Source: an uncultured Bacilli bacterium (GTDB taxonomy: Bacteria; Bacillota_I; Bacilli_A; RF39; UBA660). From it: a stretch of DNA of 61,355 nucleotides. Location of the stretch: positions 1 to 61,355 of the forward strand of contig CANRCE010000003.1 in assembly GCA_947629035.1 (NCBI GenBank). Reading direction: 5' to 3'. The notes beneath the pieces were generated by a model. That model saw nothing but the letters and a program-made list of their open reading frames with translations, was not told the DNA's origin and did not search any database. The position numbers and the translations under genes are program-made. Of this stretch, positions 50,802-59,524 are shown piece by piece (the stretch's first letter is position 1; every line of letters starts with the position of its first letter).

Positions 50802-50875
50802 GCAGGTTTAGTTCAATGGTAGAATGATGGTCTCCAAAACCACTGATAAATGTTCAAATCATTTAACCTGTGCCA
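50802..50875 (+). tRNA. trnW: tRNA-Trp (anticodon CCA) with encoded CCA end
   Basis: Acceptor GCAGGTT/AACCTGT. D arm TAGTTCAATGGTAGAA. Anticodon loop CTCCAAA at 50832-50838. T loop TTCAAAT. One A-C mismatch in the anticodon stem. Confidence 0.75.
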
Positions 50876-51013
50876 TGAAAGATACACCCCGTACTTTCTA
50901 GCAAATTTCATTTTAATTGTAGGTTATTTAGTAGTGAGAAAGCATGGTACTGCTGTGAGTAACTAAATGTAATTATATGAATGTTAATTCTATCTCCTAC
51001 AACTTCTTTCTAT

Positions 51014-51043
51014 AAAAGTGCTCGTGTCTATAGCACTTTTTTT
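51014..51043 (+). terminator. rho-independent terminator after the RNA genes
   Basis: AAAAGTGCT / AGCACTTTT stem followed by a T-run. Confidence 0.8.
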
Positions 51044-51077
51044 GTTTAGTAAATTATATATGAAGGAGATGATTAAA

Positions 51078-51557
51078 ATGATAAAATTAGCAAAGGAAAT
51101 GCCTTTAGAAGGACAATATGTTAACGAAGTAACAGAGATTAATTTCAAGGATATTAGTAAAGGTAATTGTAATGTTGTTTATTTAAAAAATCCTGAAGTT
51201 AATAAAGAACTTATCGAAGGTATTAAAAAACTTTTAAATCGTAAAAGAGCCTATCTAATTTATATTGAAAGTGCTGATAATGCTATTATCAAAGAAGAAC
51301 TAAAGAATCATCCCAAAAAGAGTATGCTATCTTTCATATATGATTTTATGGAGATGGACCAATCTGGAAAACTTACCATTTATGATTATATAAGAGTAGA
51401 TTTAGAAGGAAAAATGGAATACTGGGATAAGTTAATTAAATTTAGTGAAAAGGTGCCTTGTATATATATTATTAAAAACGCTCCAGATTTATCTAAAGTA
51501 AAAAATATACCGGGCAATTATAGGTTCGAATATGAGACAAATAAACAAGAAATATAG
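51078..51557 (+). CDS. hypothetical protein (159 aa)
   Basis: The tracked start at 51018 lies inside the terminator. ATG at 51078 lies 9 nt after AAGGAG. Confidence 0.5.
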   Translation: MIKLAKEMPLEGQYVNEVTEINFKDISKGNCNVVYLKNPEVNKELIEGIKKLLNRKRAYLIYIESADNAIIKEELKNHPKKSMLSFIYDFMEMDQSGKLTIYDYIRVDLEGKMEYWDKLIKFSEKVPCIYIIKNAPDLSKVKNIPGNYRFEYETNKQEI

Positions 51558-52053
51558 AAATTCAACTGTTGTAGCTAATAAACTAGCAACAGAGAATATG
51601 AATATCGTTTATAAAGTTTTATATGATAAGTTTAAAGGTAACGCTTATGACCTATTATTAAGTGTCGCTTACGATGAATTATATAATGCCGCTTATAGGT
51701 ATGACACTAATAGCAATCTAAAGTTCACAACCTATGCTTATAATTGTATTTATTTTAAATTATTAGAAGCATTAAATAAAGAAAAGACCTATAAAGATAA
51801 TGTATCCTTATGTGGAGACTTCGGTAGTGATGATGTAATGACTGAAGATATAAAAGCAGTAATGTTAAAGAATTTTAATAGAGGTGGAATAGATACAGAT
51901 TATGATGAATTACAAACTTTAGCTGATTTAGGATTATACGAAATGGGTTGGGAGATGCGACATCAGGAATTAAAAGGTGGGAGAGATGCAAAACCAAGAG
52001 ACTTTAAACAAAGAAAGATAATAAAGAGGGTGGATGAAAATGAGAATGATTGA
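51532..52053 (+). CDS. sigma-70 region-2-like protein (173 aa), candidate late sigma factor
   Basis: NIVYKVLYDKF...LLLSVAYDELYNAAYRYD...KFTTYAYNCIYFKLLEAL resembles sigma regions 2.1-2.4. Lies just upstream of the structural operon. The start is uncertain. Confidence 0.45.
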   Translation: MRQINKKYRNSTVVANKLATENMNIVYKVLYDKFKGNAYDLLLSVAYDELYNAAYRYDTNSNLKFTTYAYNCIYFKLLEALNKEKTYKDNVSLCGDFGSDDVMTEDIKAVMLKNFNRGGIDTDYDELQTLADLGLYEMGWEMRHQELKGGRDAKPRDFKQRKIIKRVDENEND

Positions 52054-52333
52054 TAGAACTAAAAAGTTAGCAAAAACTAGACCCGATATGTCTTGCATAT
52101 TTCAAACACCTATTTTAATATATCCCAGATTCACTATTTATAGAACATATATTTGGTGTTATGGTTTAAATAGATTAGAAACTTATAACACAACGGAACT
52201 AAAAGAAGATATTATTAGGTTAGATAAAGAAGATAAAAACCTTAATGAAAAACTAAAACTTTTAGGATATGACCCTGAAGAAAACGTAATTTACTCATTT
52301 TACTTAGAAAACGACCGCGCTAAACACTGCTAG
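52034..52333 (+). CDS. hypothetical protein (99 aa; start 52034 or 52040)
   Basis: GAGGGTGG RBS. Confidence 0.45.
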   Translation: MKMRMIDRTKKLAKTRPDMSCIFQTPILIYPRFTIYRTYIWCYGLNRLETYNTTELKEDIIRLDKEDKNLNEKLKLLGYDPEENVIYSFYLENDRAKHC

Positions 52334-52372
52334 CGACATGTTTCGAACACCGTTAAGGTAAATGTACGTAGG

Positions 52373-52394
52373 GAAATTTATGAAAACATATAAT
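52373..52394 (+). promoter_or_regulatory. conserved AAAACATATAATAATAATG element (copy 2, embedded in a terminator stem)
   Basis: A 19-nt match to the copies at 2969 and 52441. Confidence 0.4.
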
Positions 52395-52423
52395 AATAAT
52401 GTAGGAATAAAAACCTGCATTAT
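52382..52423 (+). terminator. rho-independent terminator
   Basis: AATAATAATGTAGG / CCTGCATTATTATT stem with one G-T pair, then a T-run. Confidence 0.7.
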
Positions 52424-52428
52424 TATTT

Positions 52429-52468
52429 TTTTTGCATATTAAATTTTTGCAAAACATATAATAATAAT
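52429..52468 (+). promoter_or_regulatory. conserved promoter-like element (copy 3) upstream of the structural operon
   Basis: TTAAATTTTTGCAAAACATATAATAATAATGAAGGGAG. The 22-mer at 52441-52462 is identical to 2969-2990. Confidence 0.5.
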
Positions 52469-52551
52469 GAAGGGAGATAAATCTTTTATTTCCTCTCATT
52501 TGTTTCATTAGTTTCAATCGTCGGCTCAGGACGTAAAGGAGGAAAAACGAA

Positions 52552-53277
52552 ATGGATAAAGAACAAATAAAAGCCTTACTTACAGGTTTAGGTATTACTA
52601 TTACTGATGAACAAGCTGATACTATTTTAGCAGGTTTCAATAAGTCATTAGATAATAATTATGTAACAAAGGCAAGATTTGACGAAGTTAATGAAAAGAA
52701 TAAAACATTAACTACTCAATTATCTGAAAGGGATGCTTCTATAACTCAATTAAAGAAGGATATAGAAGATAAACCAAGTAAAGAAAAAGTTGATGAATTA
52801 GAAAAGAAATTAGCTGATAAAGATAAAGAGTATGCTTTGCAATTGGCTGAAAATACTAAGAAAATTAGAATTATTTCAGAAATAGCAGGAAAGGTACATG
52901 ACAATGATTTAGTTATCGGTCAACTTAACTTGGATAAAATTACAGTTGATGGTGATAATGGTCCAATAATTGGTTTAAATGAACAATTAGAAGCTTTAAA
53001 GAAATCTAAAGGTTTCTTATTTAAAGATGAAAAACCATTACCAGGTGATGGAAATGCTACTCCAAATGGAACACCTAATACTAATAATGGTATGAATGTT
53101 CCAGAAGGTAATAATAATGCAAATCCTGCCGCTAATGTTAAATCACCAAATGTTGGCCAACAACCAGGAGGTAATGTAGACCCTGAAGATAAAGTTACTA
53201 AGCAAAGGGATGCAATAATCCAAAAAATGTTAGCTAAACAAAAGCTAAATCAATCTAAAAGAGAAGGAGAAGAGTAA
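52552..53277 (+). CDS. head scaffolding protein (GP20-like)
   Basis: The N-terminal MDKEQIKALLTGLGITITDEQADTIL and a coiled-coil middle are typical of phage scaffolds. Precedes the capsid genes. Confidence 0.6.
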   Translation: MDKEQIKALLTGLGITITDEQADTILAGFNKSLDNNYVTKARFDEVNEKNKTLTTQLSERDASITQLKKDIEDKPSKEKVDELEKKLADKDKEYALQLAENTKKIRIISEIAGKVHDNDLVIGQLNLDKITVDGDNGPIIGLNEQLEALKKSKGFLFKDEKPLPGDGNATPNGTPNTNNGMNVPEGNNNANPAANVKSPNVGQQPGGNVDPEDKVTKQRDAIIQKMLAKQKLNQSKREGEE

Positions 53278-53278
53278 G

Positions 53279-53632
53279 ATGGAAGTTAAGAAAAAAGATT
53301 ATGGTATGGAAAACACTATTCTTTATAACCTTGACCCATATGTAGGAAAATCTATTACTATCGATGATTCTGAAGTTGAAGAAGATGAAAATGGTAAAAA
53401 GATTGTAAAAGCTGGTTCAATCGTTGATAAAGAAGGTAAAATTGTTAGTGACGACACTGCTCGTTATATCGTTCTTCAAAATGTTGATGTAACTGCTGGT
53501 CCTAGAAGCGCAACTGGTATTTATAGAGGTACTGTTGATGTTTCTAAAATGCCTGTAGCACCTACTGCTGATGTTATCTCAGCTATTAGTGGTATAACAT
53601 TTATGAAAAATGATTCAGATTATAAAGCTTAA
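53279..53632 (+). CDS. head decoration protein candidate (gpD/DUF2190-like)
   Basis: 117 aa, between scaffold and major capsid. Contains GIYRGTVDVSKM. Confidence 0.45.
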   Translation: MEVKKKDYGMENTILYNLDPYVGKSITIDDSEVEEDENGKKIVKAGSIVDKEGKIVSDDTARYIVLQNVDVTAGPRSATGIYRGTVDVSKMPVAPTADVISAISGITFMKNDSDYKA

Positions 53633-53676
53633 TTTAATCTGAAATTAAAAATAATTTAAAGAAGGAGAGAATAAAC

Positions 53677-54750
53677 ATGGATGAGATTTTTGAACTTTTA
53701 TCTGCAAAAAATCTAGAAACTGTTTGGGATGAAACAGTTGTTAATAGAATTCCATATGCAGGTGAAAAATTGTTTGGAACATCTAAACAATATGACTTAA
53801 CACTATCAATGTTTAAAGGTAGCAAAGGTTTACCTGTTGCATTAAAACCTTCAACATTTGATGCAAAAGCGACTTTACGTCCTAGAATTGGAGTAAGTAA
53901 ACTTGAAACTGAAATTCCATTCTTCCGTGAAGCATTCAAATTAACTGAAAAAGATAGAAGACAACTAGTTGCATTTAGAGCAAGTTCTCCTGAATTATTT
54001 AATAGCATTATAGAAAATATTTATAATGATAGTAATAATTTAGTTGAAGGTGCATTAGCTGTTAATGAACAAATGAGATGGTCATTATTAACTGATATGG
54101 CTATTACAGTAAGTTCTAATGAAGCTGATTATGATTATGACTTCGACCCTGATAATAGTTGGCATACAAATAACTTTGTTCAATTAGCTGGTACATCATT
54201 ATGGACTGACTTAGTAAACTCTAATCCATTAGAAGATTTACAAGAAGGTATTGATAGTATTGCTAATAGAACTGGTGAAACAATCACTAAAGTTTATATG
54301 AATAAAGTTACATTCGCATTACTAAGACAAAACAAAAACATCAAAGATGCTATCACTGTAAATAATAACAGTTTTGCTACTGTTTCTAAAATCCGTGAAT
54401 TATTAATGAGTGAATTAGGAGTAACTGTTGAATTATATGATAAACAATTCCAAAAAACTCAAGACAACGGAACTTTAGTTAGTGAAAAATATCTTAAAGA
54501 TGGTTTTGTAGTATTGTTACCAGATGGACAAATTGGTACAACAGTATTCGCTTACACACCTGAAGAAATTGATGCCGCCGCATTAGAAAATAAAGGTGCT
54601 GATGTTGCTGTTGTTGAAACTGGTGTTACTTTAACAAGTATTATCCATGAACATCCAGTAACAAGCGAAATTATATGTTCTGAATTATGCTTACCTACTC
54701 TTGAAAAAGCTGATTCAGTATATGTATTAAAAGTAACTCAAACTGATTAG
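53677..54750 (+). CDS. major capsid protein (lambda gpE-like family)
   Basis: 357 aa. Position after scaffold and decoration genes. A strong terminator-like structure follows. Confidence 0.7.
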   Translation: MDEIFELLSAKNLETVWDETVVNRIPYAGEKLFGTSKQYDLTLSMFKGSKGLPVALKPSTFDAKATLRPRIGVSKLETEIPFFREAFKLTEKDRRQLVAFRASSPELFNSIIENIYNDSNNLVEGALAVNEQMRWSLLTDMAITVSSNEADYDYDFDPDNSWHTNNFVQLAGTSLWTDLVNSNPLEDLQEGIDSIANRTGETITKVYMNKVTFALLRQNKNIKDAITVNNNSFATVSKIRELLMSELGVTVELYDKQFQKTQDNGTLVSEKYLKDGFVVLLPDGQIGTTVFAYTPEEIDAAALENKGADVAVVETGVTLTSIIHEHPVTSEIICSELCLPTLEKADSVYVLKVTQTD

Positions 54751-54757
54751 AAAAATT

Positions 54758-54897
54758 AAAACGCATACTTAAGCTCTTATGTCAGCATCAATAGTTTTTA
54801 TATCAGATGGTATAAATATATTAACTGATGGAAAACATTAAGCTCGCCAAAGAGCTTGGTTGATATTGATATTAGTTTTTGTATGCGTTTTTTTTAT
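54758..54897 (+). other. long compound hairpin / terminator after the capsid gene
   Basis: Outer stem AAAACGCATAC (54758-54768) pairs with GTATGCGTTTT (54881-54891), then a T-run. Inside there is an AAGCTC/GAGCTT hairpin and a duplicated TTAAGCTC. Confidence 0.5.
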
Positions 54898-54933
54898 TAT
54901 TGTAATATATTCTATGAAAGGAGAAAAAGTCAG

Positions 54934-55356
54934 ATGACTAATAAATTTACAGTTAAATTAGACGGTGTTATTTATGCACCAGGTGAACTTGAGATTACTA
55001 GTAAAGGTTATAAACCCATTAAGGTTAAAGCTCCTGCTGAATCTGAAGTAGAAAAAGCCAAAGCTGAAGAAGCCGCTAAGATTGCTAAAGAAGAAGCTGA
55101 AAAAGCTAAAGCTGAAGAGGAAGCTCGTAAAGCTGAAGAAGCTAAAAAAGCTGAGGAAGAGGCAAAGAAAGTTGAAGAATTAGCTAAGGCAGAAGAGGAA
55201 GCTAAAAAGAAAGCAGAGGAAGATGCTAAAAAGGCTGAAGAAGCTAAAGCAAAGGAAGCTGAAAAGAATGCTAAAGAAGCAACTGATGCTAAAGCAACTG
55301 ATAAAGTTGAAGACAAAGCAAAAACTGATGCTAATAAAACTACAGAAAAGAAATAA
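54934..55356 (+). CDS. Lys/Ala/Glu-rich repetitive head-module protein (140 aa)
   Basis: ATG at 54934 follows AAAGGAGAAAAAG and is preferred over the tracked start at 54856. About 100 aa of AEEAKKAEEEAKK-type repeats. Confidence 0.55.
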   Translation: MTNKFTVKLDGVIYAPGELEITSKGYKPIKVKAPAESEVEKAKAEEAAKIAKEEAEKAKAEEEARKAEEAKKAEEEAKKVEELAKAEEEAKKKAEEDAKKAEEAKAKEAEKNAKEATDAKATDKVEDKAKTDANKTTEKK

Positions 55357-55370
55357 GGAGGTGTTAACTT

Positions 55371-55769
55371 ATGACTAGAATTCAAATTCTAGAACATCAG
55401 TTAAAAACAAGCCTCACTGAAGACGACTATTGTTCTATAACAGAAGACGATAAGTCTTTTGTTTTGGCTAAAGCTAAACAAATCGTTGACGGTTATGTAA
55501 ATTACAAAAGTGGTAGTGAATTAGATTATGTTGTTTGTGATATAGCATTAGATATGTTATTAAATCAAATGACTAATAGAGTTGATAGGAAACCATTAGC
55601 TGTTCCTTCCAATGTTGCTTCTATCAAAGAAGGTGATACTATTATCACTCTTAATACTAAAGAGGATGATAAAACAGAAAAGAAAACATCTTCAATGACT
55701 GGAATGGATGCTTATTATATTGATACTTATAGAGATGAGTTAAATAGATATAGGCGATTAAGGAGGTAA
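55371..55769 (+). CDS. head-tail connector protein (gp6-like) candidate
   Basis: 132 aa. Called by position and size in the head-completion module. Confidence 0.45.
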   Translation: MTRIQILEHQLKTSLTEDDYCSITEDDKSFVLAKAKQIVDGYVNYKSGSELDYVVCDIALDMLLNQMTNRVDRKPLAVPSNVASIKEGDTIITLNTKEDDKTEKKTSSMTGMDAYYIDTYRDELNRYRRLRR

Positions 55770-55775
55770 TGAAGG

Positions 55776-56165
55776 ATGGAATTACCTGATATGAGAGCAA
55801 TTCACGCCTTACTTTATAATGATAAAATGACTGTAAGACGAACTAATAGCGATCCAAATGAATATGGAATAATCGAAGACGAACGTACTATAGTTTATGA
55901 AGATGAACCTTGTAAACTTAGTATGTATACGTTATCTAGAGAAGACTTACCAAATGACGATAGTGTATATTTTAGAAAGTCGAATTCAATTATCAAAATT
56001 TTCTGTGACCCTAAATACTACTTTAAAGCAGGTGATTGGGTTGATGTTTATAGAAAAAGAAGAGATAATGATGAATGGGAACTATTCTTTAAAGGGTTAT
56101 GCAATAAACCAAATGTACACGGAAGTCACCAAGAAGTTGAAGTCTCTGAAAGGGAGGTAAACTGA
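55776..56165 (+). CDS. head closure / head-tail adaptor candidate
   Basis: 129 aa. Called by position. Contains the only GATC I found (55851). Confidence 0.4.
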   Translation: MELPDMRAIHALLYNDKMTVRRTNSDPNEYGIIEDERTIVYEDEPCKLSMYTLSREDLPNDDSVYFRKSNSIIKIFCDPKYYFKAGDWVDVYRKRRDNDEWELFFKGLCNKPNVHGSHQEVEVSEREVN

Positions 56166-56166
56166 T

Positions 56167-56607
56167 ATGGCTACTAGTGTTGGTTCAATTTCGTTAAAAA
56201 TGGAAATTGGTGATATACAAAAGTATATCGATAAAATGAAAGCGGCTAAAAAGAGTCTACCTCAATTTTTTAGAATGGTAGTAACCCAAATGGGAGATGC
56301 CGCTATAGATTATGCTATTCCAAGAACTAGAGTTCGTACTGGTAGATTAATAAGTAGTTATGTCTTATCTCCGATTGAAGAAAGAGATAATTCATATAAA
56401 ATAACAGTGTCAAATAGTGCATCAGAGAATGGGGAAAGCTCTTATGCAATATATAATGAATTTGGTACAAGATTCATGGCACCAAGATTAATGCTTACTA
56501 CTGCTAGGGAAATGATTCTTACAGAAGGACCTGAACTAATAGAGAAAGCATTTATTAGAGTATTGAGAGGTGATTCTAGTGGAGGATATACTTTCAAACT
56601 CAATTAG
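56167..56607 (+). CDS. HK97 gp10-family tail-component protein
   Basis: YNEFGTRFMAPRLML matches the EFGT...P(R)PF signature of the family. Confidence 0.6.
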   Translation: MATSVGSISLKMEIGDIQKYIDKMKAAKKSLPQFFRMVVTQMGDAAIDYAIPRTRVRTGRLISSYVLSPIEERDNSYKITVSNSASENGESSYAIYNEFGTRFMAPRLMLTTAREMILTEGPELIEKAFIRVLRGDSSGGYTFKLN

Positions 56608-57040
56608 TTTGATGATTCATAGTCATCCAGAACTATCTGATATCCCCATCTATGTAGATAGAAAAAACCAAGATTTTAAGGTTCCTGCTTTTTATGTATA
56701 TAATGCTTATACTAAAATAACAAAAGGTAGGAGAGATAGAGAAGTATTTGATGAAAATGTTAGGTATTCATATTTTATAATTTATAAAAATGGAATTGAC
56801 CAAATGTTTTCTGCAGATGCTAATCACGTTCTTGGTATATTAAGAAGAGTTTTTCGTTATGTTGAAATTATAATGCCTGATAAATCGAAACGCCTTTTCC
56901 ATGTAAATGATTTTGATGTAAGTTATAATGATTTAGCAATGACGATAACTATAAGATTTAAGATACCATATAGATATATATCTGAATGCGAAAAAGTTAA
57001 ATCGCTAGAAGATATAATAATAGTGAAGGAGGAAAATTAA
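56570..57040 (+). CDS. tail completion protein candidate (start uncertain)
   Basis: Lies between the gp10-like gene and the sheath gene. No clear RBS for the tracked GTG. Confidence 0.4.
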   Translation: MILVEDILSNSISLMIHSHPELSDIPIYVDRKNQDFKVPAFYVYNAYTKITKGRRDREVFDENVRYSYFIIYKNGIDQMFSADANHVLGILRRVFRYVEIIMPDKSKRLFHVNDFDVSYNDLAMTITIRFKIPYRYISECEKVKSLEDIIIVKEEN

Positions 57041-57041
57041 T

Positions 57042-58400
57042 ATGGCAATTGGAACTTGGGTTACACAAAACAAAGTTAGACCTGGTGTTTATATTAATTA
57101 CGTATTTAGTGATGCTGAATTAATAAACTATGCTAGTGACGGTGTATTAGCACTACCATATGTTTTACCTTTAAGTCCTGATGAAAATTCAGTAATTGAA
57201 GTAACAGCAAACACTATGAAATCTAAAGCATTAGATAAGTATGGCGTAATTAGTGGTAGTGATGCCTATAAGTATATCACAACATTACTTAAATATTCTT
57301 CAAAACTATTACTTTTCTCTGCAGGTAAAGGTGGTACAAAAGCTAAATTAACAGTTAGCTCTGAATTTACTGCTACTGCAAAAGGTGCTGGTATTGAAGG
57401 TAATAAGTTTGCTGTTGAAGTATTAGCTTTAAAAGATAAAAAGCAAACTTTTAATACTTACTATAATAATGAATTAGTAGCTATTCAAGTTTATGATTTT
57501 GATTCAAAAACTATGAGTGGTGAAAATGACTATGTTGATATCGTTGTTGACGGTGAAACAGTTACTGAAGCTGTACCAACAGTTTTAGCTGGTGGTGTAG
57601 ATGGAGAAATAGATGCTAAAGAAACATTAACAGCAATGTTTGCCGCATTAAGTTGTTATGAATTAGAAATAGTATCTATTCCATTTGACGAAGACAAATA
57701 TGATTTCAGTGTTGTAGAAGATTTCATTAATGATTATAATGCAAATCATGTACAAAAAGTTGTTGTTGTATATCCTAAAACAGATGATGAATCAGCAAGT
57801 AAAAATAGTGAGTTTGTTATAGCAGTTGCCGCTCAAACAGCTACATTAGCAAATGGATTAGTATTAGACCCATTAAAATTATCTACTTATGTAGCCGCAA
57901 AAGAAGCAGGTGCTACTTATACTGATGACTTAACATTTAACTTATGTGATGATATAGTTTCTATTAATGAATTATCAAATGAAAAAGTAGAACAAAATAT
58001 CAAAATGGGAGTTTTAAATCTAAGTTTAAGAAGTGATAGAAGTGTAGTTATAGAAGATGACATTAATACGTTAGTTATTCTTTCTGAAAATCAATCTAGT
58101 TCATTAAAAGCAAACGATACTTTAAGATTATTAAATAATTTATCTTATAGAATTGTAAGTTTTGGTGAAAATACTATTATTGGTAAAAAGAAAGTTACTG
58201 AAACAACTTTAAATCTTGTTAAATCATTTGTTATTGGTATAATGAATGAATATGTTGAAGAACAAGCAATTGTTAATTTCGACCCTAACAACGATGTTCA
58301 AGTTGTATTTGGTGAACAACCTGATGGAATCTTATGTACTATCGCTATACAAAAAACACAAAGTGCTAAGAAATTATACTTTAGCATTGGTGTAAGATAG
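57042..58400 (+). CDS. contractile tail sheath protein (XkdK-like)
   Basis: 452 aa. N-terminal GTWVTQNKVRPGVYINY. Immediately upstream of the tube gene. Confidence 0.8.
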   Translation: MAIGTWVTQNKVRPGVYINYVFSDAELINYASDGVLALPYVLPLSPDENSVIEVTANTMKSKALDKYGVISGSDAYKYITTLLKYSSKLLLFSAGKGGTKAKLTVSSEFTATAKGAGIEGNKFAVEVLALKDKKQTFNTYYNNELVAIQVYDFDSKTMSGENDYVDIVVDGETVTEAVPTVLAGGVDGEIDAKETLTAMFAALSCYELEIVSIPFDEDKYDFSVVEDFINDYNANHVQKVVVVYPKTDDESASKNSEFVIAVAAQTATLANGLVLDPLKLSTYVAAKEAGATYTDDLTFNLCDDIVSINELSNEKVEQNIKMGVLNLSLRSDRSVVIEDDINTLVILSENQSSSLKANDTLRLLNNLSYRIVSFGENTIIGKKKVTETTLNLVKSFVIGIMNEYVEEQAIVNFDPNNDVQVVFGEQPDGILCTIAIQKTQSAKKLYFSIGVR

Positions 58401-58413
58401 GAGGTAATATTAG

Positions 58414-58893
58414 ATGAACAATCATAGTGAAAGAGAATTATTAGATATTCAAAACCTTGTAAATGGTGCTGAAGGTACAGTTTATTTACAAAGAGATAAC
58501 ACAATGATTCCGCTATTAAATGTTAGAACTATTACCGCCACTGTTACTAAAGAAAAAGAAACAAAGAAAGTAATAGGTTCTAAAGTAGCGAAAAATAGAT
58601 TGTCTGGATATACTTTAGCAGGTACAATGAATGTTTATTATTGTAGTTCATACTTTACTCAAATGTTAAGAGATGATATCAAAAATGGTACTAATACAAC
58701 ATTTACTTTAATCGTAACAAACGAAGACCCTGCATCAATGATTGGTAGACAATCAATTGCTTTATATCATGTTGATATTGATAGCCATGATATTTTAGCA
58801 ATCGATATTGATGCATCTGATATGAATAGTGATATTCCATTTACATTTGATGATTTTGAAATCCTTGAAGCCTTTGAAGAAGTTAATAAGTAA
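58414..58893 (+). CDS. tail tube protein (XkdM-like)
   Basis: 159 aa. Gene order is sheath, tube, chaperone. Confidence 0.7.
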   Translation: MNNHSERELLDIQNLVNGAEGTVYLQRDNTMIPLLNVRTITATVTKEKETKKVIGSKVAKNRLSGYTLAGTMNVYYCSSYFTQMLRDDIKNGTNTTFTLIVTNEDPASMIGRQSIALYHVDIDSHDILAIDIDASDMNSDIPFTFDDFEILEAFEEVNK

Positions 58894-58922
58894 TATATTA
58901 ACGAAAGGAGATATGATTTCAA

Positions 58923-59309
58923 ATGGGTTTATTACAATTTTTAAAAGACAATCCGATTGATGAAACGTCCAAAACATTCAAAATCAAATTAGATGGTCGT
59001 TTAGCACAAGCTGAACCATTCGAAATGAATACTATTAATAGGGCTGAATATAAGAACCTTCAAAATATGGCAATTAAAAATGGTAAATTACAAACTGATA
59101 AATTAGCTACTTCAGTAGTTGTTAACAGTTGTGTTAATCCTAAATTTAATGATGTCGATTTGATTAAGGAACTTAAAGTTGCTACACCTGAGCAAGCAGT
59201 TGAAAAATTACTTACAGCAGGTGAAATTAGTGCCCTAGCCTTACAAGTAGTTGAGTTGTCTGGACTAAATGTTTCTGCAGATGTACTTGAAGAAGAAGTA
59301 AAAAACTAA
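58923..59309 (+). CDS. tail assembly chaperone (XkdN-like, G product)
   Basis: 128 aa, upstream of the tape measure. Ends in a slippery heptamer. Confidence 0.65.
   Translation: MGLLQFLKDNPIDETSKTFKIKLDGRLAQAEPFEMNTINRAEYKNLQNMAIKNGKLQTDKLATSVVVNSCVNPKFNDVDLIKELKVATPEQAVEKLLTAGEISALALQVVELSGLNVSADVLEEEVKN
59300..59306 (+). promoter_or_regulatory. programmed -1 frameshift slippery site A_AAA_AAC
   Basis: In the zero frame it reads gtA AAA AAC TAA. The -1 frame is open from 59306 into ORF 59333-59518. Confidence 0.65.
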
Positions 59310-59518
59310 TAAAAGCGGGCGACCCAGACACAATGTATGCATACTATTGTTTGCATAAATTCCACTGGTCTCCTGCTTTTTTTGTTAATCTGCCCCTTAA
59401 GGAAAAGGTTGTGATTAAGGTAATGATTGACGAAAGAATCAAGGAAGAGAAGAAGCATTCATCAACCACAAAAACTGGACAATCCTCCAAACATATATCG
59501 TCTAGACGAAGGAGGTGA
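59306..59518 (+). CDS. frameshift extension of the tail chaperone (GT-type product)
   Basis: The -1 frame relative to 58923 has no stops. HKFHWSPAFFVNLPLKEKVVI is typical of the T-part. ORF 59333 has no RBS of its own. Confidence 0.55.
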   Translation, partial: LIKAGDPDTMYAYYCLHKFHWSPAFFVNLPLKEKVVIKVMIDERIKEEKKHSSTTKTGQSSKHISSRRRR

Positions 59519-59524
59519 TAGGGT

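Noticed and set aside
52353-52640. Minus-strand 95-aa ORF across the 52.4-kb regulatory region
   Set aside because: It overlaps a terminator, two promoter-like elements and the start of the scaffold gene. There is no RBS.
55897-56160. Alternative-frame 87-aa + strand ORF inside gene 55776-56165
   Set aside because: It is fully nested in a better-supported frame that has a strong RBS. It has no RBS of its own.
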